Assembly (NCBI GenBank): GCA_963850305.1
Contig: CAWKKR010000002.1
Location: 32,001-96,000, forward strand
Reading direction: 5' to 3'
Source of the DNA: an uncultured delta proteobacterium
GTDB lineage: Bacteria > Myxococcota_A > Polyangia > Polyangiales > Polyangiaceae
Length of the DNA: 64,000 bases
A program made the position numbers and the translations under genes. Numbering within the stretch: position 1 is the first letter of the stretch; every line of letters begins with the position of its first letter. Positions 1 to 10,059 of this stretch are shown piece after piece. The notes under the pieces were generated by a model. That model did not search any database, was not told the origin of the DNA, and saw only the letters and a program-made list of their open reading frames with translations.

Positions 1-2
1 CG

Positions 3-296
3 GCGCAGAGCCGCGCGCTCGACACCGGCAACGCGCCGCTTCACCTTTCGGACGTGCCGCCGGCGGAGATCACGAAGCCGGACGCGCCGCTCGCGGCCCC
101 GGCAACACCGAACGTCGACGAGAATCTGTCGCTCCGCGAGGTGGCGCTCCGAGCTGCCAACGCCAAGAGCAAGTCGCACGCACACGCCAGGGCCGCCGCT
201 GCCGGAAAAGGCCGGCGTCACGGCAGGAGCAACGTCGCGGCGTTCAAGAGCACCAAGGGCGGCAGCAAGTACGATCCGCTGAACGGATCGCTCTGA
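3..296 (+). CDS. 5'-truncated hypothetical protein (Pro/Ala/basic tail ending SKYDPLNGSL)
   Basis: Frame is open from the window edge to TGA at 294-296; low-complexity C-terminal tail. Confidence 0.65.
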   Translation, partial: AQSRALDTGNAPLHLSDVPPAEITKPDAPLAAPATPNVDENLSLREVALRAANAKSKSHAHARAAAAGKGRRHGRSNVAAFKSTKGGSKYDPLNGSL

Positions 297-420
297 CGCT
301 CTCGTAGCCGCCGCCTGCTCTTGGACGCGCCCGGACCGAACCGGCTGACGCCGTCGATCCAGGAATCCGTCCCCGCCGCAGGGTGCGCGGGTGGCATGCC
401 GTGTGCTTGGCGTGCCTCTC

Positions 421-1536
421 ATGACTCCACTTCGCGGTTCGTCGTTCGCGTGTTCTCTGGCGGCCTCGTTGATGATGGCAGCCTGCGGCGCCTCCGAGAC
501 GCGGCCGCCGGTTTCAGCACCGCCGCCATCCGCGTCCGCGGCGGTCCTGCCTGCTGCGACGGCGTCCTCCGTCGCCAGCGCGACCGCGCCCCCCGTCGAG
601 CCGCCCAAGGAAGAAGCTCACCGGCTGGTCGTCGCCACCATCGCCTGCTGGCTCGGCGGCGTCTGGACCGATGCCGAGGGGGACCTCGACGACGCGACCC
701 GGGCTGCCGACGCGGAACGCCTTTGCCACGACGTGGTGAAGCGGATCTACGGCACCGACGATCCGGGGCGATTCGAGCGGCTGCGCGCGGTCGAAGCCGG
801 CGAGGTCATCACCGCGAGGGACAAGATCCTGGCAGTGGCCCGCGCCGACTCGGTGGACGCCGCCCGGCAAGAGCAGCTCGGCAAATTCTTCGACGCCGTC
901 GCCGACGCGGAGCGCGAGACCATGATGGCCCGGCGCGCCGGCGATCGCGTGAAGAAGGACATCGCAGGCGAGCGCGAGGCAGCGAAGCTCCGCCCGGACG
1001 AAGCCGCCGCCGTGGGTCCCCTGAGCGAAACCAAGGCATTCGACGCCCTGCTCACGATCGACGTCGGGGGTCTCACGCCCGAGGCGCGCGCGGTGGCGGT
1101 TCTATGCGCCATGGACCGGATGCAGACCGCTCGCGGGCTCACGAAGCACCTCAAGGTGTACGTGGTCGAGCGGCCCTTCTCGGTTTACTTCGGCGTGGCT
1201 GCGCCGGACGTACCGCGGGACACCAAGAAGCCGCTGAAGGGCGGAGCCTGGCTCGCCTACCTGACGTCCGTCGCACAGGCGGCCGGGCACCCCGTGCCGG
1301 AAGCTGCGAAGTCGCTCACCGACCGTGAGCTCCTCGCGTGGGGTGGAACGCTCGACGGCCTCGCCGACCAACTCCGCGCCCTCATCGGCCAGCTCTCGGA
1401 CGCGACGGATCTCGAGCGCGTGTCCCGGGCGATCGTCGAGCGGGTCGACATCGGGTACCGGGCGTCCGAGACGGCCGTTCAGCGACAGCCGGAGCCCGCT
1501 GGACCGCCGCGCAGCCTCCGGCCTCCCAAGTCGTGA
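421..1536 (+). CDS. Hypothetical lipoprotein, helical
   Basis: Lipobox-like MMAAC, Pro/Ala linker, then a GC3-rich helical domain; start uncertain. Confidence 0.75.
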   Translation: MTPLRGSSFACSLAASLMMAACGASETRPPVSAPPPSASAAVLPAATASSVASATAPPVEPPKEEAHRLVVATIACWLGGVWTDAEGDLDDATRAADAERLCHDVVKRIYGTDDPGRFERLRAVEAGEVITARDKILAVARADSVDAARQEQLGKFFDAVADAERETMMARRAGDRVKKDIAGEREAAKLRPDEAAAVGPLSETKAFDALLTIDVGGLTPEARAVAVLCAMDRMQTARGLTKHLKVYVVERPFSVYFGVAAPDVPRDTKKPLKGGAWLAYLTSVAQAAGHPVPEAAKSLTDRELLAWGGTLDGLADQLRALIGQLSDATDLERVSRAIVERVDIGYRASETAVQRQPEPAGPPRSLRPPKS

Positions 1537-1540
1537 AGCC

Positions 1541-2518
1541 TCACATCGAAGAGCGTGCCAGAAGCTCGACGGACCGCAGGCGCGCCTGGAGGGTCGGCGC
1601 GGGATGAACGACGATGAGCTCGTCGGCATCGGCGAAGCGAGCGAAGCTGTCGATGTAGGCCTTGACGTCCGCCTCCGTCCCGACGGCGGAGTACGTGCTC
1701 ATGGCTCTCACCGTTTCCCCGGCCGGTGACTCCAGGATCGCCTGCGCCTCTTCGTCCGTGAACCGCGCTCGGCGGCCGAGCAACGCTTTGACGCGGGCGC
1801 GCTGCACCGCCGCAAAATGCTCGCGGGCCTCCGCGGCCGTGTCGGCGGCCAGGACGTTCACCCCCGCCATGACATGAGGCCGGTCGAGCTGCTTCGACGG
1901 GCGAAACTCGCCGCGATAGACGGCCACCGCTTGCTCGAGCAGAGCGGGGGCGAAGTGGGAGGCGAACGCGTATGGCAACCCGAGCCGCGCGGCGAGCTTC
2001 GCGCCGAAGAGCGACGACCCGAGAACGTAAAGCGGCACGCGCGTATTTTTGCCGGGCGTCGCCTCCACACCCACGACCCGCGATTCGTCGCCCAGATAGG
2101 CTTGAAGATCGAGCACGTCGCTGGGAAACGACTCGGCGGATGACGGATGGACACGCAGCGCGCGCGTAGTGGTGGGATCGGTGCCGGGGGCCCGGCCCAG
2201 CCCCAGGTCGATGCGTCCGGGATGCAAGCTCTCGAGCGTGCCGAATTGCTCCGCAATCACGAGCGGTGCGTGGTTCGGGAGCATGATCCCCCCCGCGCCG
2301 ACGCGAATGGTTCGGGTGTGGGCAGCGACATGCGCGATGAGCACGCTCGTCGCCGATGAGGCGATGGTCGGGATATTGTGGTGCTCCGCGTACCAGACGC
2401 GGCGGTAGCCCAAGGCCTCCGCACGCTGCGCGACGGCCACGACGCCGGCAAAGGTTTCGCGCGGTGACTGTCCGGGCGCGACGAACGCGAGGTCGAGAAT
2501 GGAAAGGGGGACGGCCAT
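1541..2518 (-). CDS. LLM-class (luciferase-like) flavin-dependent oxidoreductase
   Basis: [47 protein letters not shown] motifs. Confidence 0.93.
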   Translation of the reverse strand: MAVPLSILDLAFVAPGQSPRETFAGVVAVAQRAEALGYRRVWYAEHHNIPTIASSATSVLIAHVAAHTRTIRVGAGGIMLPNHAPLVIAEQFGTLESLHPGRIDLGLGRAPGTDPTTTRALRVHPSSAESFPSDVLDLQAYLGDESRVVGVEATPGKNTRVPLYVLGSSLFGAKLAARLGLPYAFASHFAPALLEQAVAVYRGEFRPSKQLDRPHVMAGVNVLAADTAAEAREHFAAVQRARVKALLGRRARFTDEEAQAILESPAGETVRAMSTYSAVGTEADVKAYIDSFARFADADELIVVHPAPTLQARLRSVELLARSSM

Positions 2519-2770
2519 GTTTCGGGCGCGGGCGGTCGAGGAAACCCCCAACTTGAGGCTAAGATCGGCTGCTGCAAGTCCACGCCCCGGATCGACGGCA
2601 GCGATCGAAGCCGGTCCGGATACACAGCCGGACGCGGCAAAGGCGGAAGCGGTGTGTTCTCGTGAAGCCGTTGCACCCGAGCGCAGTCATTGCGCCTGCG
2701 GACTTTCGAAAGATCCCCCCGCCGAACGAGGGCTGCGGTGCATATCGAACCGCCCTCGAGATCCAGCGAG

Positions 2771-2786
2771 TGGCCTGGAACGTGCT
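2771..2786 (+). promoter_or_regulatory. Candidate sigma54 -24/-12 promoter
   Basis: TGGCCT-GGAAC-GTGCT with GG-N10-GC spacing, about 37 nt upstream of ATG 2823. Confidence 0.4.
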
Positions 2787-2822
2787 TATGCGTGCGAGTA
2801 CGAAAGAAGGAGGCTCGTGCCC

Positions 2823-3071
2823 ATGTCCAAAAACGAATCCATGAAGGCCCTGAACGACGCCGTGCAAGAGCTCGAGACCGCGCGGGAGACCGCGCGGGTG
2901 AAGCTGCATCTCCTCTCGATGGACGCGCGGAACACGTGGGACGGCATGGAAGCGAAGTTCCTGGAGCTCAAACAGAACGTCGAGAACCAGGGCGAAAAGG
3001 TCGCCGAGGCCTCGGCCTCCGCCGCCCGCGATCTGGCGCGCTCGATTCGAAAACTGGTCGATCAGGTCTAG
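2823..3071 (+). CDS. Small coiled-coil hypothetical protein (82 aa)
   Basis: AGGAGG RBS upstream; amphipathic helical sequence RVKLHLLSMDARNTW. Confidence 0.8.
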   Translation: MSKNESMKALNDAVQELETARETARVKLHLLSMDARNTWDGMEAKFLELKQNVENQGEKVAEASASAARDLARSIRKLVDQV

Positions 3072-3167
3072 GACGCCTTCGACCGTTTGGCAGCGGACGA
3101 TTTCGCGTCCGCTGCCGGGCGCGGCCGGAAGAACGTCGCTCCGCCGGGATTGCGGAGCGACGCAAAC

Positions 3168-4019
3168 TCACACGGCGACAATGGGGGTCACCAGGCGACC
3201 AGCTGCCTTTGGTGTCCGCGAGCCTATGCCTATGCCGATGCCGCAGAGGTCGACCGCGAGCCTGAGGCGCGGATCGCCCTGGAGCCGCTGCCAGGCGCGT
3301 TCCATGTCGCGCGACCACCTGATATCGTCGAACACGAACAGAGCTCCGTCGGTTGATTGCTGCCAGATCCGGTCGAAGTACGACAGGGTCGGCTCGAACT
3401 GGTGATGGCCGTCGATGAAGACGAAGTCTACCGGCTCGGTCAGCGCGCGATCGAGAGTGAGCTCGAAGAACCCTTGCACGTAGTCCACGCGATTCAGACC
3501 AAGGGTACCGTGGAGTTCTCTCGCAACCTCCACACGCGCCGGCGACGCCTCGAGCGTGACGACGCGGCCGCGCCCTCTCGCTTCGAGGGCTGCGGCAATG
3601 TATGCGCTCGAGATCCCCACGTTCGTTCCGAGCTCGATGACGCGCTCCGGAGCGAATTCGTCTACGAGGACGTTGAGCCCGATGGCGTCGTGCACGCGGC
3701 GACTGGCCCTGCAAGCGTCAGCGACGGTCAGTCCGGCATCGAATGGGCCCTCGGCTGCGATGTCGCGGAGGAACCGTTTGGACGCGCGGAGCCGCGAGCG
3801 CTGCGCTTCGATTCGATCTGCCCACGAGCGGGAAGCACCGATGTCGTGCGCGCGCATCCTCCTGAGGGCCCTGACGAGCCTGGGCGCAAGCGGATGGTCG
3901 AACCGCTCGATGATGTCGAGGTTCGCGGTCGTTCGCCGGCTGGCAAGGCCGCTGAGCACGCGACGTCGCGCGAGGAGCGCCGCACGCGAAGCGCGGCTGG
4001 AAAACACGCCCAACTGCAT
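3168..4019 (-). CDS. Class I SAM-dependent methyltransferase (Methyltransf_24-like)
   Basis: VIELGTNVGIS motif I, DFVFIDGHH, VFDDIRWS. Confidence 0.88.
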   Translation of the reverse strand: MQLGVFSSRASRAALLARRRVLSGLASRRTTANLDIIERFDHPLAPRLVRALRRMRAHDIGASRSWADRIEAQRSRLRASKRFLRDIAAEGPFDAGLTVADACRASRRVHDAIGLNVLVDEFAPERVIELGTNVGISSAYIAAALEARGRGRVVTLEASPARVEVARELHGTLGLNRVDYVQGFFELTLDRALTEPVDFVFIDGHHQFEPTLSYFDRIWQQSTDGALFVFDDIRWSRDMERAWQRLQGDPRLRLAVDLCGIGIGIGSRTPKAAGRLVTPIVAV

Positions 4020-4082
4020 GGGAAGCAGCCTACCTTTTTCGCGCCGCGCTCATCAACTCTACGTCGTCGGTGGACGGGTCAG

Positions 4083-5420
4083 TCAAGACGTGGCCGTGGG
4101 AACTGGGGTCCCTTCGGCGCTCTCCAGCGGGTCGTCGCGCTCGGGGTGATGGAACAGAATGACCACCACCACCGACGAGAGCGCCAGGAGCGCCAGGAGC
4201 CAGAAGGCTGCGTTGAAGCTCCGCGTGATGCCCACGAGCCAGCCCGTCACGAGCGGCGCCACGAAGCCGGAGACGGCAAAGAACGTGTCCATGACGCCGA
4301 GTGCCGTGCCGGCGCACCGGTGGGCGACATCCACGGTCACGGCGTAAAACGCGGCGTTCGCGCTCATGCTCAATCCCACGGCGAGCGAGAGAAACACGAG
4401 CATGACGCTCCGGTCGTGCGCGAAGATCACGGGCAGAATGCAGAGACCCGCGAGTAGCTGCGAGATCCAGATCGGATGAGAGCGCGCAGCCCGCAGGCTG
4501 CCGGTCTTGCGCAGCAACGCATCCGACAGATACCCGAAGGCCCAGAGCAGAATCGCCGCGACCGTCCACGGCAGGATCGAGAACAGGCCAACTTGCTTAA
4601 GATCGAAGTGATAAGCCTTTTCGAGATACGTGGGCATCCACGTCATGAAGAAGAAGAGGAAGTAGCCGAACACGAAGAAGGACCAGTCGTTGGCGAGCAA
4701 GGTGCGGTTCGAGAGCAGGAACTTCCACATGCCGCGCGTCTGGTGGCGACGACGCTCGAGCGTCACGCTCGCCACGACCGGATCGCCGGGCTTGCCGTCG
4801 CGGATGTGCGCGAGCTCCGCGGCATTCACGAATCGGCTGTGCTCGGGAAAATCCACGAACAGGAACCACCACAGTGGAAGCCACAAGAGGCCGAGCCCCA
4901 TGAGCACGACGAACATGCCGCGCCATCCCACATGAAGGATGAGCTGTGTGGCGACCGGCGCGCCGAGCGCGAGCGCGACGGGCACGGCCACGAGCGAATT
5001 GGATAGTGCGATGGCGCGCTCGTGGCTGGACAGCCAGTCCGCGACGCCGCGGTTCATGGCGGGGAAGTTCGGCCCTTCCGCGACGCCGAGCAGAATGCGT
5101 GCGCCGGCGAGCATCACGAAGCCCGTGGAAAATCCGGTGAGGCCGATGGCGATGGACCACAAAAGTGCCGCCCAGAACAGCGTCTTGCGCGCGCCGTAGC
5201 GGTCCGCGACCACGCCGCCGAGGAGCGTCGTGAGCATGTACCCGATGCTGAACGCCGCGAGGATGAAGCCGCTGAGAAGGTCTTCGTCGTGCTTGCTGAA
5301 ATGCAGCTCGCGGGCGATGTCGCCGATGGCGTAGGAGATCGCCGAGCGGTCGATGTAGTTGACCATCGTGATCGCGAAGATCAGGGCGACGACGAGCCAG
5401 CGGAAGCGGGTCATGGGCAT
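4083..5420 (-). CDS. MFS transporter, anion:cation symporter type
   Basis: NYIDRSAIS, ADRYGAR, RILLGVAEGPNFP; about 12 TM segments. Confidence 0.92.
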   Translation of the reverse strand: MPMTRFRWLVVALIFAITMVNYIDRSAISYAIGDIARELHFSKHDEDLLSGFILAAFSIGYMLTTLLGGVVADRYGARKTLFWAALLWSIAIGLTGFSTGFVMLAGARILLGVAEGPNFPAMNRGVADWLSSHERAIALSNSLVAVPVALALGAPVATQLILHVGWRGMFVVLMGLGLLWLPLWWFLFVDFPEHSRFVNAAELAHIRDGKPGDPVVASVTLERRRHQTRGMWKFLLSNRTLLANDWSFFVFGYFLFFFMTWMPTYLEKAYHFDLKQVGLFSILPWTVAAILLWAFGYLSDALLRKTGSLRAARSHPIWISQLLAGLCILPVIFAHDRSVMLVFLSLAVGLSMSANAAFYAVTVDVAHRCAGTALGVMDTFFAVSGFVAPLVTGWLVGITRSFNAAFWLLALLALSSVVVVILFHHPERDDPLESAEGTPVPTATS

Positions 5421-5658
5421 CGGCCGACTTCAGCATGAAGCGCGACTCGGCGGGGGAATCAGCGCTTTTCGGCGCGGCCGCTCGAGCGAGCGCTCGCGGC
5501 TCCGGCCATGCGGAACGAGCGGTTGGGAGCGCGGACGGGTCAGCGTGGCGTCCAGCCAGTGCGCGCACCCCCGGCGCGTGCAACAGTCCCGCCGCCCGAT
5601 GGAGGCGACCGCATCGCGTTCGTCGGACCTGTAGGCTTTCGAAACCGGAGGACTTTCA

Positions 5659-6459
5659 ATGAACGAACAGCGACGGGGCAGTGGACAGACAGCGCTCATC
5701 ACGGGTGCCTCGATGGGGATCGGCGTCGATCTCGCCGAGTGCTTCGCCGAGGACGGATACGACGTGATCCTCACCGCGCGCTCCGAAAGCGCGCTCTCGG
5801 CCCTGGCCGAGCGGCTCGGGCACGAGCACCGCGTGAAGGCGACGTCGATTGTCGCCGATCTCGGGGAGCGGGGAGCGGGCTCCCGGCTCATCGAGGAGAT
5901 CCTGCGCCGCGGCACGAGAGTGGACGTGCTCGTGAACAACGCCGGCTACGGCATCGCCGGAGCCTTCGCCGGCTCGAAGCTCGAGGACCAGCTCGGGATC
6001 ATCGACGTCAACGACCGAGCCCTCGTGGAGCTGACGCACCACACGTGGCCGGGGATGCTGGAGCGTCGGCGCGGGGGCATCCTGAACGTCGCGTCCACGG
6101 CGGCGTTCCAGCCGGGGCCGCTCATGGCCGTTTATTACGCGTCCAAGGCGTTCGTTCTCTCGTTCTCCGAGGCGCTGTGGCGCGAGGCCGCCGGCACCGG
6201 CGTCCACGTGAGCTGCTTGTGTCCTGGCCCCACCACGAGCAACTTCCGTGCTCGCGCCGGAACGGGCAAAACGCGGCTCTCCAAGCGCCCCAAGATGTCT
6301 GCGCGCGACGTGGCACGCCTGGGGTACGGGGGCTTCCAGAAGAACGAGCGCGTCGTGGTCACGGGTTTCACGAACGCGCTCGCCGCGCGTCTCGTGCCGT
6401 TTCTGCCGCGCGCCGCCGTGTTGAACTCCGTACACGCGCTCCAGTCGCCAGGGGAATAA
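5659..6459 (+). CDS. Short-chain dehydrogenase/reductase
   Basis: TGASMGIG, NNAG, YYASK. Confidence 0.93.
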   Translation: MNEQRRGSGQTALITGASMGIGVDLAECFAEDGYDVILTARSESALSALAERLGHEHRVKATSIVADLGERGAGSRLIEEILRRGTRVDVLVNNAGYGIAGAFAGSKLEDQLGIIDVNDRALVELTHHTWPGMLERRRGGILNVASTAAFQPGPLMAVYYASKAFVLSFSEALWREAAGTGVHVSCLCPGPTTSNFRARAGTGKTRLSKRPKMSARDVARLGYGGFQKNERVVVTGFTNALAARLVPFLPRAAVLNSVHALQSPGE

Positions 6460-6523
6460 AAGGTCGTCGTTGCCCCGAGCGGGCCGGAGGTCGCGCCGCG
6501 GCTCGGGCGGTCGACGTTTTGCC

Positions 6524-6557
6524 TTGACCAAAGGTATACTTTATGTTTACCATTGGT
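6524..6557 (+). promoter_or_regulatory. Sigma70-like promoter overlapped by an imperfect palindromic operator
   Basis: TTGACC(6524)-N18-TACCAT(6548); arms ACCAAAGGTATAC / GTTTACCATTGGT, 11/13 match. Confidence 0.6.
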
Positions 6558-6572
6558 GTCGGAGGCGTGGAC

Positions 6573-7706
6573 ATGCGAACCGTCGATGCAACGATGTATG
6601 CACTCGGGTGCGGGCTCCTCGTCATGGCGCTGGGCGGCCTTCTCGAGGCGTGCTCAACGGCCAAGGAACAAGGCTCTTCGACCGATGGAGGCGCACCGGG
6701 CGTCGGCGCTTCGGGCGGAAGCGCCGGCGTGGGAGCGGCGGGGTCGAGCGCTGTCGCAGCTGGCGGCACGAACGTGGGCTATGGCAGCGGGGGAGCGGCC
6801 GCGGGGACCGGGGGGAGCGTCGCCGCCAGCGCCGGCGGCACCGGTGGCGGCGTCGACGCGGGCAGCGTCACGGTGTGCAATGACATCGCCGCCGGCGCAT
6901 CGACGCTGACCGTGAACGGCACGACCCGCACGTTCTCGGTGCAGCTGCCGGCGGACACGTCCCACATGGCACTCCTCTTTCTCTGGCACGGGTGGCTGCA
7001 AGTACCCACCGATTTCGCGAACGCGATCGTGTACGACGTGCCGTCCGGTAAGTGGGTGCCGTTCGATCCGGACGCTTTTCCGATGCCGCTGATGATCGTG
7101 ACCCCGTACGATCTGAATCTGATCCCGCCCGCCGGGCTCGACTGGGACATAGCGAGCGGCGCCCAGGATTTTCCGTTCTTCGAGGCCATGCTCCAGTGCA
7201 TCCAGCAGCAGTTCAGCATCGACAAGACGCGGATCTACTCCTTCGGGTTCTCGGCGGGCGCGGTCTTCAGCGATCTTCTGTCCGCGAAGTATCCGCACTT
7301 ATTCGCCGCCACCGTCAGCGAGTCCGGCGCGTGGTTCAACGACACGAACGAGTGGGCGGATGTATCCGTCCCGATCATGCAATGGCAGTGGCCGCCGTTT
7401 AGCCCCGCGGATGAGGGCAACGTCCTTTTGACCCACGGCGGGCCCAACGACTATGCGACCGTCATCAGCCTGGAGCAGGCCAATCAGCAGGCGATCCCGT
7501 TCCTCTACGACAACCAGCGCACCGTCGTGGACTGCGCGCATACCTTCGGCCACTCTCTCGATCCGGACCTCACGCAGAGCATGTATTACGAGTACCTGTG
7601 GGACCACCAGCTCGGGGGTCCGCCGCTATCGGCGATGATTCCCGACTTCCCTACGCAGGCCAAGCCTGTCGGTGCCACGAGCTGCACGTTCCACCCGTAC
7701 CCGTGA
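6573..7706 (+). CDS. Alpha/beta-hydrolase lipoprotein (esterase / PHB depolymerase-like)
   Basis: GGAGG RBS, LEAC lipobox, Gly-rich linker, WHG oxyanion motif, GFSAG nucleophile elbow, HGGPND and GH. Confidence 0.8.
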   Translation: MRTVDATMYALGCGLLVMALGGLLEACSTAKEQGSSTDGGAPGVGASGGSAGVGAAGSSAVAAGGTNVGYGSGGAAAGTGGSVAASAGGTGGGVDAGSVTVCNDIAAGASTLTVNGTTRTFSVQLPADTSHMALLFLWHGWLQVPTDFANAIVYDVPSGKWVPFDPDAFPMPLMIVTPYDLNLIPPAGLDWDIASGAQDFPFFEAMLQCIQQQFSIDKTRIYSFGFSAGAVFSDLLSAKYPHLFAATVSESGAWFNDTNEWADVSVPIMQWQWPPFSPADEGNVLLTHGGPNDYATVISLEQANQQAIPFLYDNQRTVVDCAHTFGHSLDPDLTQSMYYEYLWDHQLGGPPLSAMIPDFPTQAKPVGATSCTFHPYP

Positions 7707-7814
7707 GATAGGGACGCCGCGGCGCGGGCGCGCGGGCGCGGTAGGTAGTAGGGGGAGAACGGACGACAGCGCAACGGCTCGCCCGACTTCCCGGCGTGTT
7801 AGAGTGAGCGGTCG

Positions 7815-8477
7815 ATGTCGCTCTTTCGGTTGCAGACCTGGGTCCTGTGCGGAGGCGTCCTAGTCGCGTGCGGCGGCACGGTCAGTTCGCGACGCGAACC
7901 CGACGGCGGTGGCATTGCCGGCGCGGGCGGCTCGACGTCGAGCGGCGGAACTTCCGGCGCAGGCGCGGGCGGAATCTCGTCGAGCGGCGGAGCGGCTTCG
8001 ACGGGAGGCGGGTCATCCACGGGCGGCGCCGGGTATTCGTGCGACGGCAAGATGCTGGCGCGCCCGACGCAGCATCGTCCGGCGAGCGTGAGCTGCCCGG
8101 CCAATGAGGCGGCCACACCCTGCACCGACGGGGGCCCGCTCGTCTGCGGCGCGGGCTGCGTGACCGACTCGGACTGCGCCCCGAAATCCGTGTGTAGCTG
8201 CGACGGCACCGTCTTCGGGTGGGCGCAGCAGAGCGTGGGCAACGCGTGTCTTGCGGGCAACTGTCGGACCGATGCGGATTGCTCGAGCGGCTTCTGTTCA
8301 TCGAGCTACGGGGAAGGAGGGGCGTTCTACGGCATCGCGGGTTACTTCTGTCACACGTGCGAGGACTCGTGTTCGAACGACTCGCAATGCAATGTGGACG
8401 GCGGACCCGCGGGCTACTGCGCCTACCAGACCGCGACCGGCGCCTGGGCGTGCCAGTACACCTTCAGCGCGGGCTGA
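7815..8477 (+). CDS. Cys-rich lipoprotein with Gly/Ser linker
   Basis: LVAC lipobox, repeated CxxDxDC motifs. Confidence 0.8.
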   Translation: MSLFRLQTWVLCGGVLVACGGTVSSRREPDGGGIAGAGGSTSSGGTSGAGAGGISSSGGAASTGGGSSTGGAGYSCDGKMLARPTQHRPASVSCPANEAATPCTDGGPLVCGAGCVTDSDCAPKSVCSCDGTVFGWAQQSVGNACLAGNCRTDADCSSGFCSSSYGEGGAFYGIAGYFCHTCEDSCSNDSQCNVDGGPAGYCAYQTATGAWACQYTFSAG

Positions 8478-8481
8478 ACGC

Positions 8482-9762
8482 TCACGAGCCCCCGAGGTAC
8501 GCGAGCAGATCCGCCCGCGCGTCACTCGATAGCCCGAGGCCGAACGGATGCCCCGGTATCGGCCCCGTGCCGTGAAGCGCGCCCGTATAGCCCGGTGACA
8601 CGCGGTCCGGATCGAGGACTGCCGCGAGGTCCGGCGCTCGACCGTCGTGAAAGAGCGGGCCGCGCGCTGCGACGCCGTGAAGCGACGGCACGCGATACGT
8701 CCCGGTGCCGCGATCCGCGGAGAGCCCGAGTGTCGGGTCCGTGCCGACGACGTCGAGGGGCACGGGCGCACCCGTGAGCGCAGGCGGCACGTGACAGCTC
8801 GCGCACTCGACGCCGAACGTCGCGGCTCCCCGCGTCGCGGCGCTCGTCTCGGGCGTGCCGGTCGGCAGAGAATCCGCGAGCGAGCGCACGTAGTACGCGA
8901 GCCCGAGCGACACTTCGCGCGGGGGTCGCAGTGTCTCCTGGTGCGACGTGATGACGAGCGTCTCGATCCGGATCGCGAGCGACGTGACATCGCGCTGCTG
9001 CACGGTCGCGTCCGCTTGCAGATATCCGAGCCAGCGCACGGGGCGCAGATCCGCGATGCGAACGGGTTCGGTGCCGCTCGTGGTCGTGACGTCGAGACGC
9101 CCGGGGCCCCAGGCGAGCAGGTTGGCCGCGACGGCAGGGTCCAGGGCCTTGGTCGCCGCAACGAGGAGCGCGCCCCAATCGAGATCGGGATTGGGGGCAC
9201 CCGCGACGAGCGCTCCGTCGCGCAACAGAGAGTGGCACGTGGCGCACGTCTCCGCGAGCGTGGTGCTGCCGTCCGCGAGCCGAACGCGGACGAGCCCTCC
9301 GACGCCGAGGGAGGGGTCCGCCCACAAGCCGTACGTCGCCGCGTCCGCGGTCGTGTGAAGCACTGTCGTCGCCGGATCCGCGAGCTGCACTGGGTAGCGA
9401 GAGAACGCAGCCTCGCCGACCGCCAGGAGCGACTCTTCCGACCCCGAGCGAGCCGCGTCGTCGATGACGAGGGCCGTCGCGCTGGTGCCGAGCCGATCGC
9501 CCGCGTGGCCCGAGTCGAGGACGGCTTCCGTGAGCGGCTCCGTCGGAGGGTTCCACTCGGGCAACGACGACCAATCTCCCGTCGTGCCCGTGTCGTAGTG
9601 CGCGAGCCGGAGCGACGAGTAGCCGTTCGCCGGATTCACGAGCGACGCGACCAGTTCGGCGCGACGATAGTGCGCGTCCGTGAGATACGGATCCGGCGCA
9701 CCCGGCGAGCCGCACGCGACGGCGGTCAGCGCGGCAAGAAAAAGGGCCGCGCCGCGCATCAT
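8482..9762 (-). CDS. Di-heme c-type cytochrome lipoprotein (RoxA/bCcP-like C-terminus)
   Basis: AVAC lipobox; CATCH and CASCH; YRVPSLHGV..GPLFHDG..GHPFG..LLAYL. Confidence 0.8.
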   Translation of the reverse strand: MMRGAALFLAALTAVACGSPGAPDPYLTDAHYRRAELVASLVNPANGYSSLRLAHYDTGTTGDWSSLPEWNPPTEPLTEAVLDSGHAGDRLGTSATALVIDDAARSGSEESLLAVGEAAFSRYPVQLADPATTVLHTTADAATYGLWADPSLGVGGLVRVRLADGSTTLAETCATCHSLLRDGALVAGAPNPDLDWGALLVAATKALDPAVAANLLAWGPGRLDVTTTSGTEPVRIADLRPVRWLGYLQADATVQQRDVTSLAIRIETLVITSHQETLRPPREVSLGLAYYVRSLADSLPTGTPETSAATRGAATFGVECASCHVPPALTGAPVPLDVVGTDPTLGLSADRGTGTYRVPSLHGVAARGPLFHDGRAPDLAAVLDPDRVSPGYTGALHGTGPIPGHPFGLGLSSDARADLLAYLGGS

Positions 9763-10059
9763 GGATAGCATGGCACACTCCGCCTGTAGCCAAGTAAAGC
9801 ACGTGCCGCGGCGTGCCCGAGGGCCATGGTCGTCTGCGGGCTTCGAGTCGCGACGGTCGGCGCTGGGGACGCGGGCCCCCTGAGCGACGTGCGGCCGCGT
9901 CCCTCGAGGATCAGGGCCGATCAATCGACGATTTTGAAGAAATGATCGGGGCCGCAGAGGGGTAACGTGGCGTAAAGTGCCGGCGCTCGTGGTCGCCCCG
10001 TTCAAATTCCCGCGCCGCGGTGAGCGCGCTGACGCGCAGGTTCGAAGGAGCGCTGCGCC

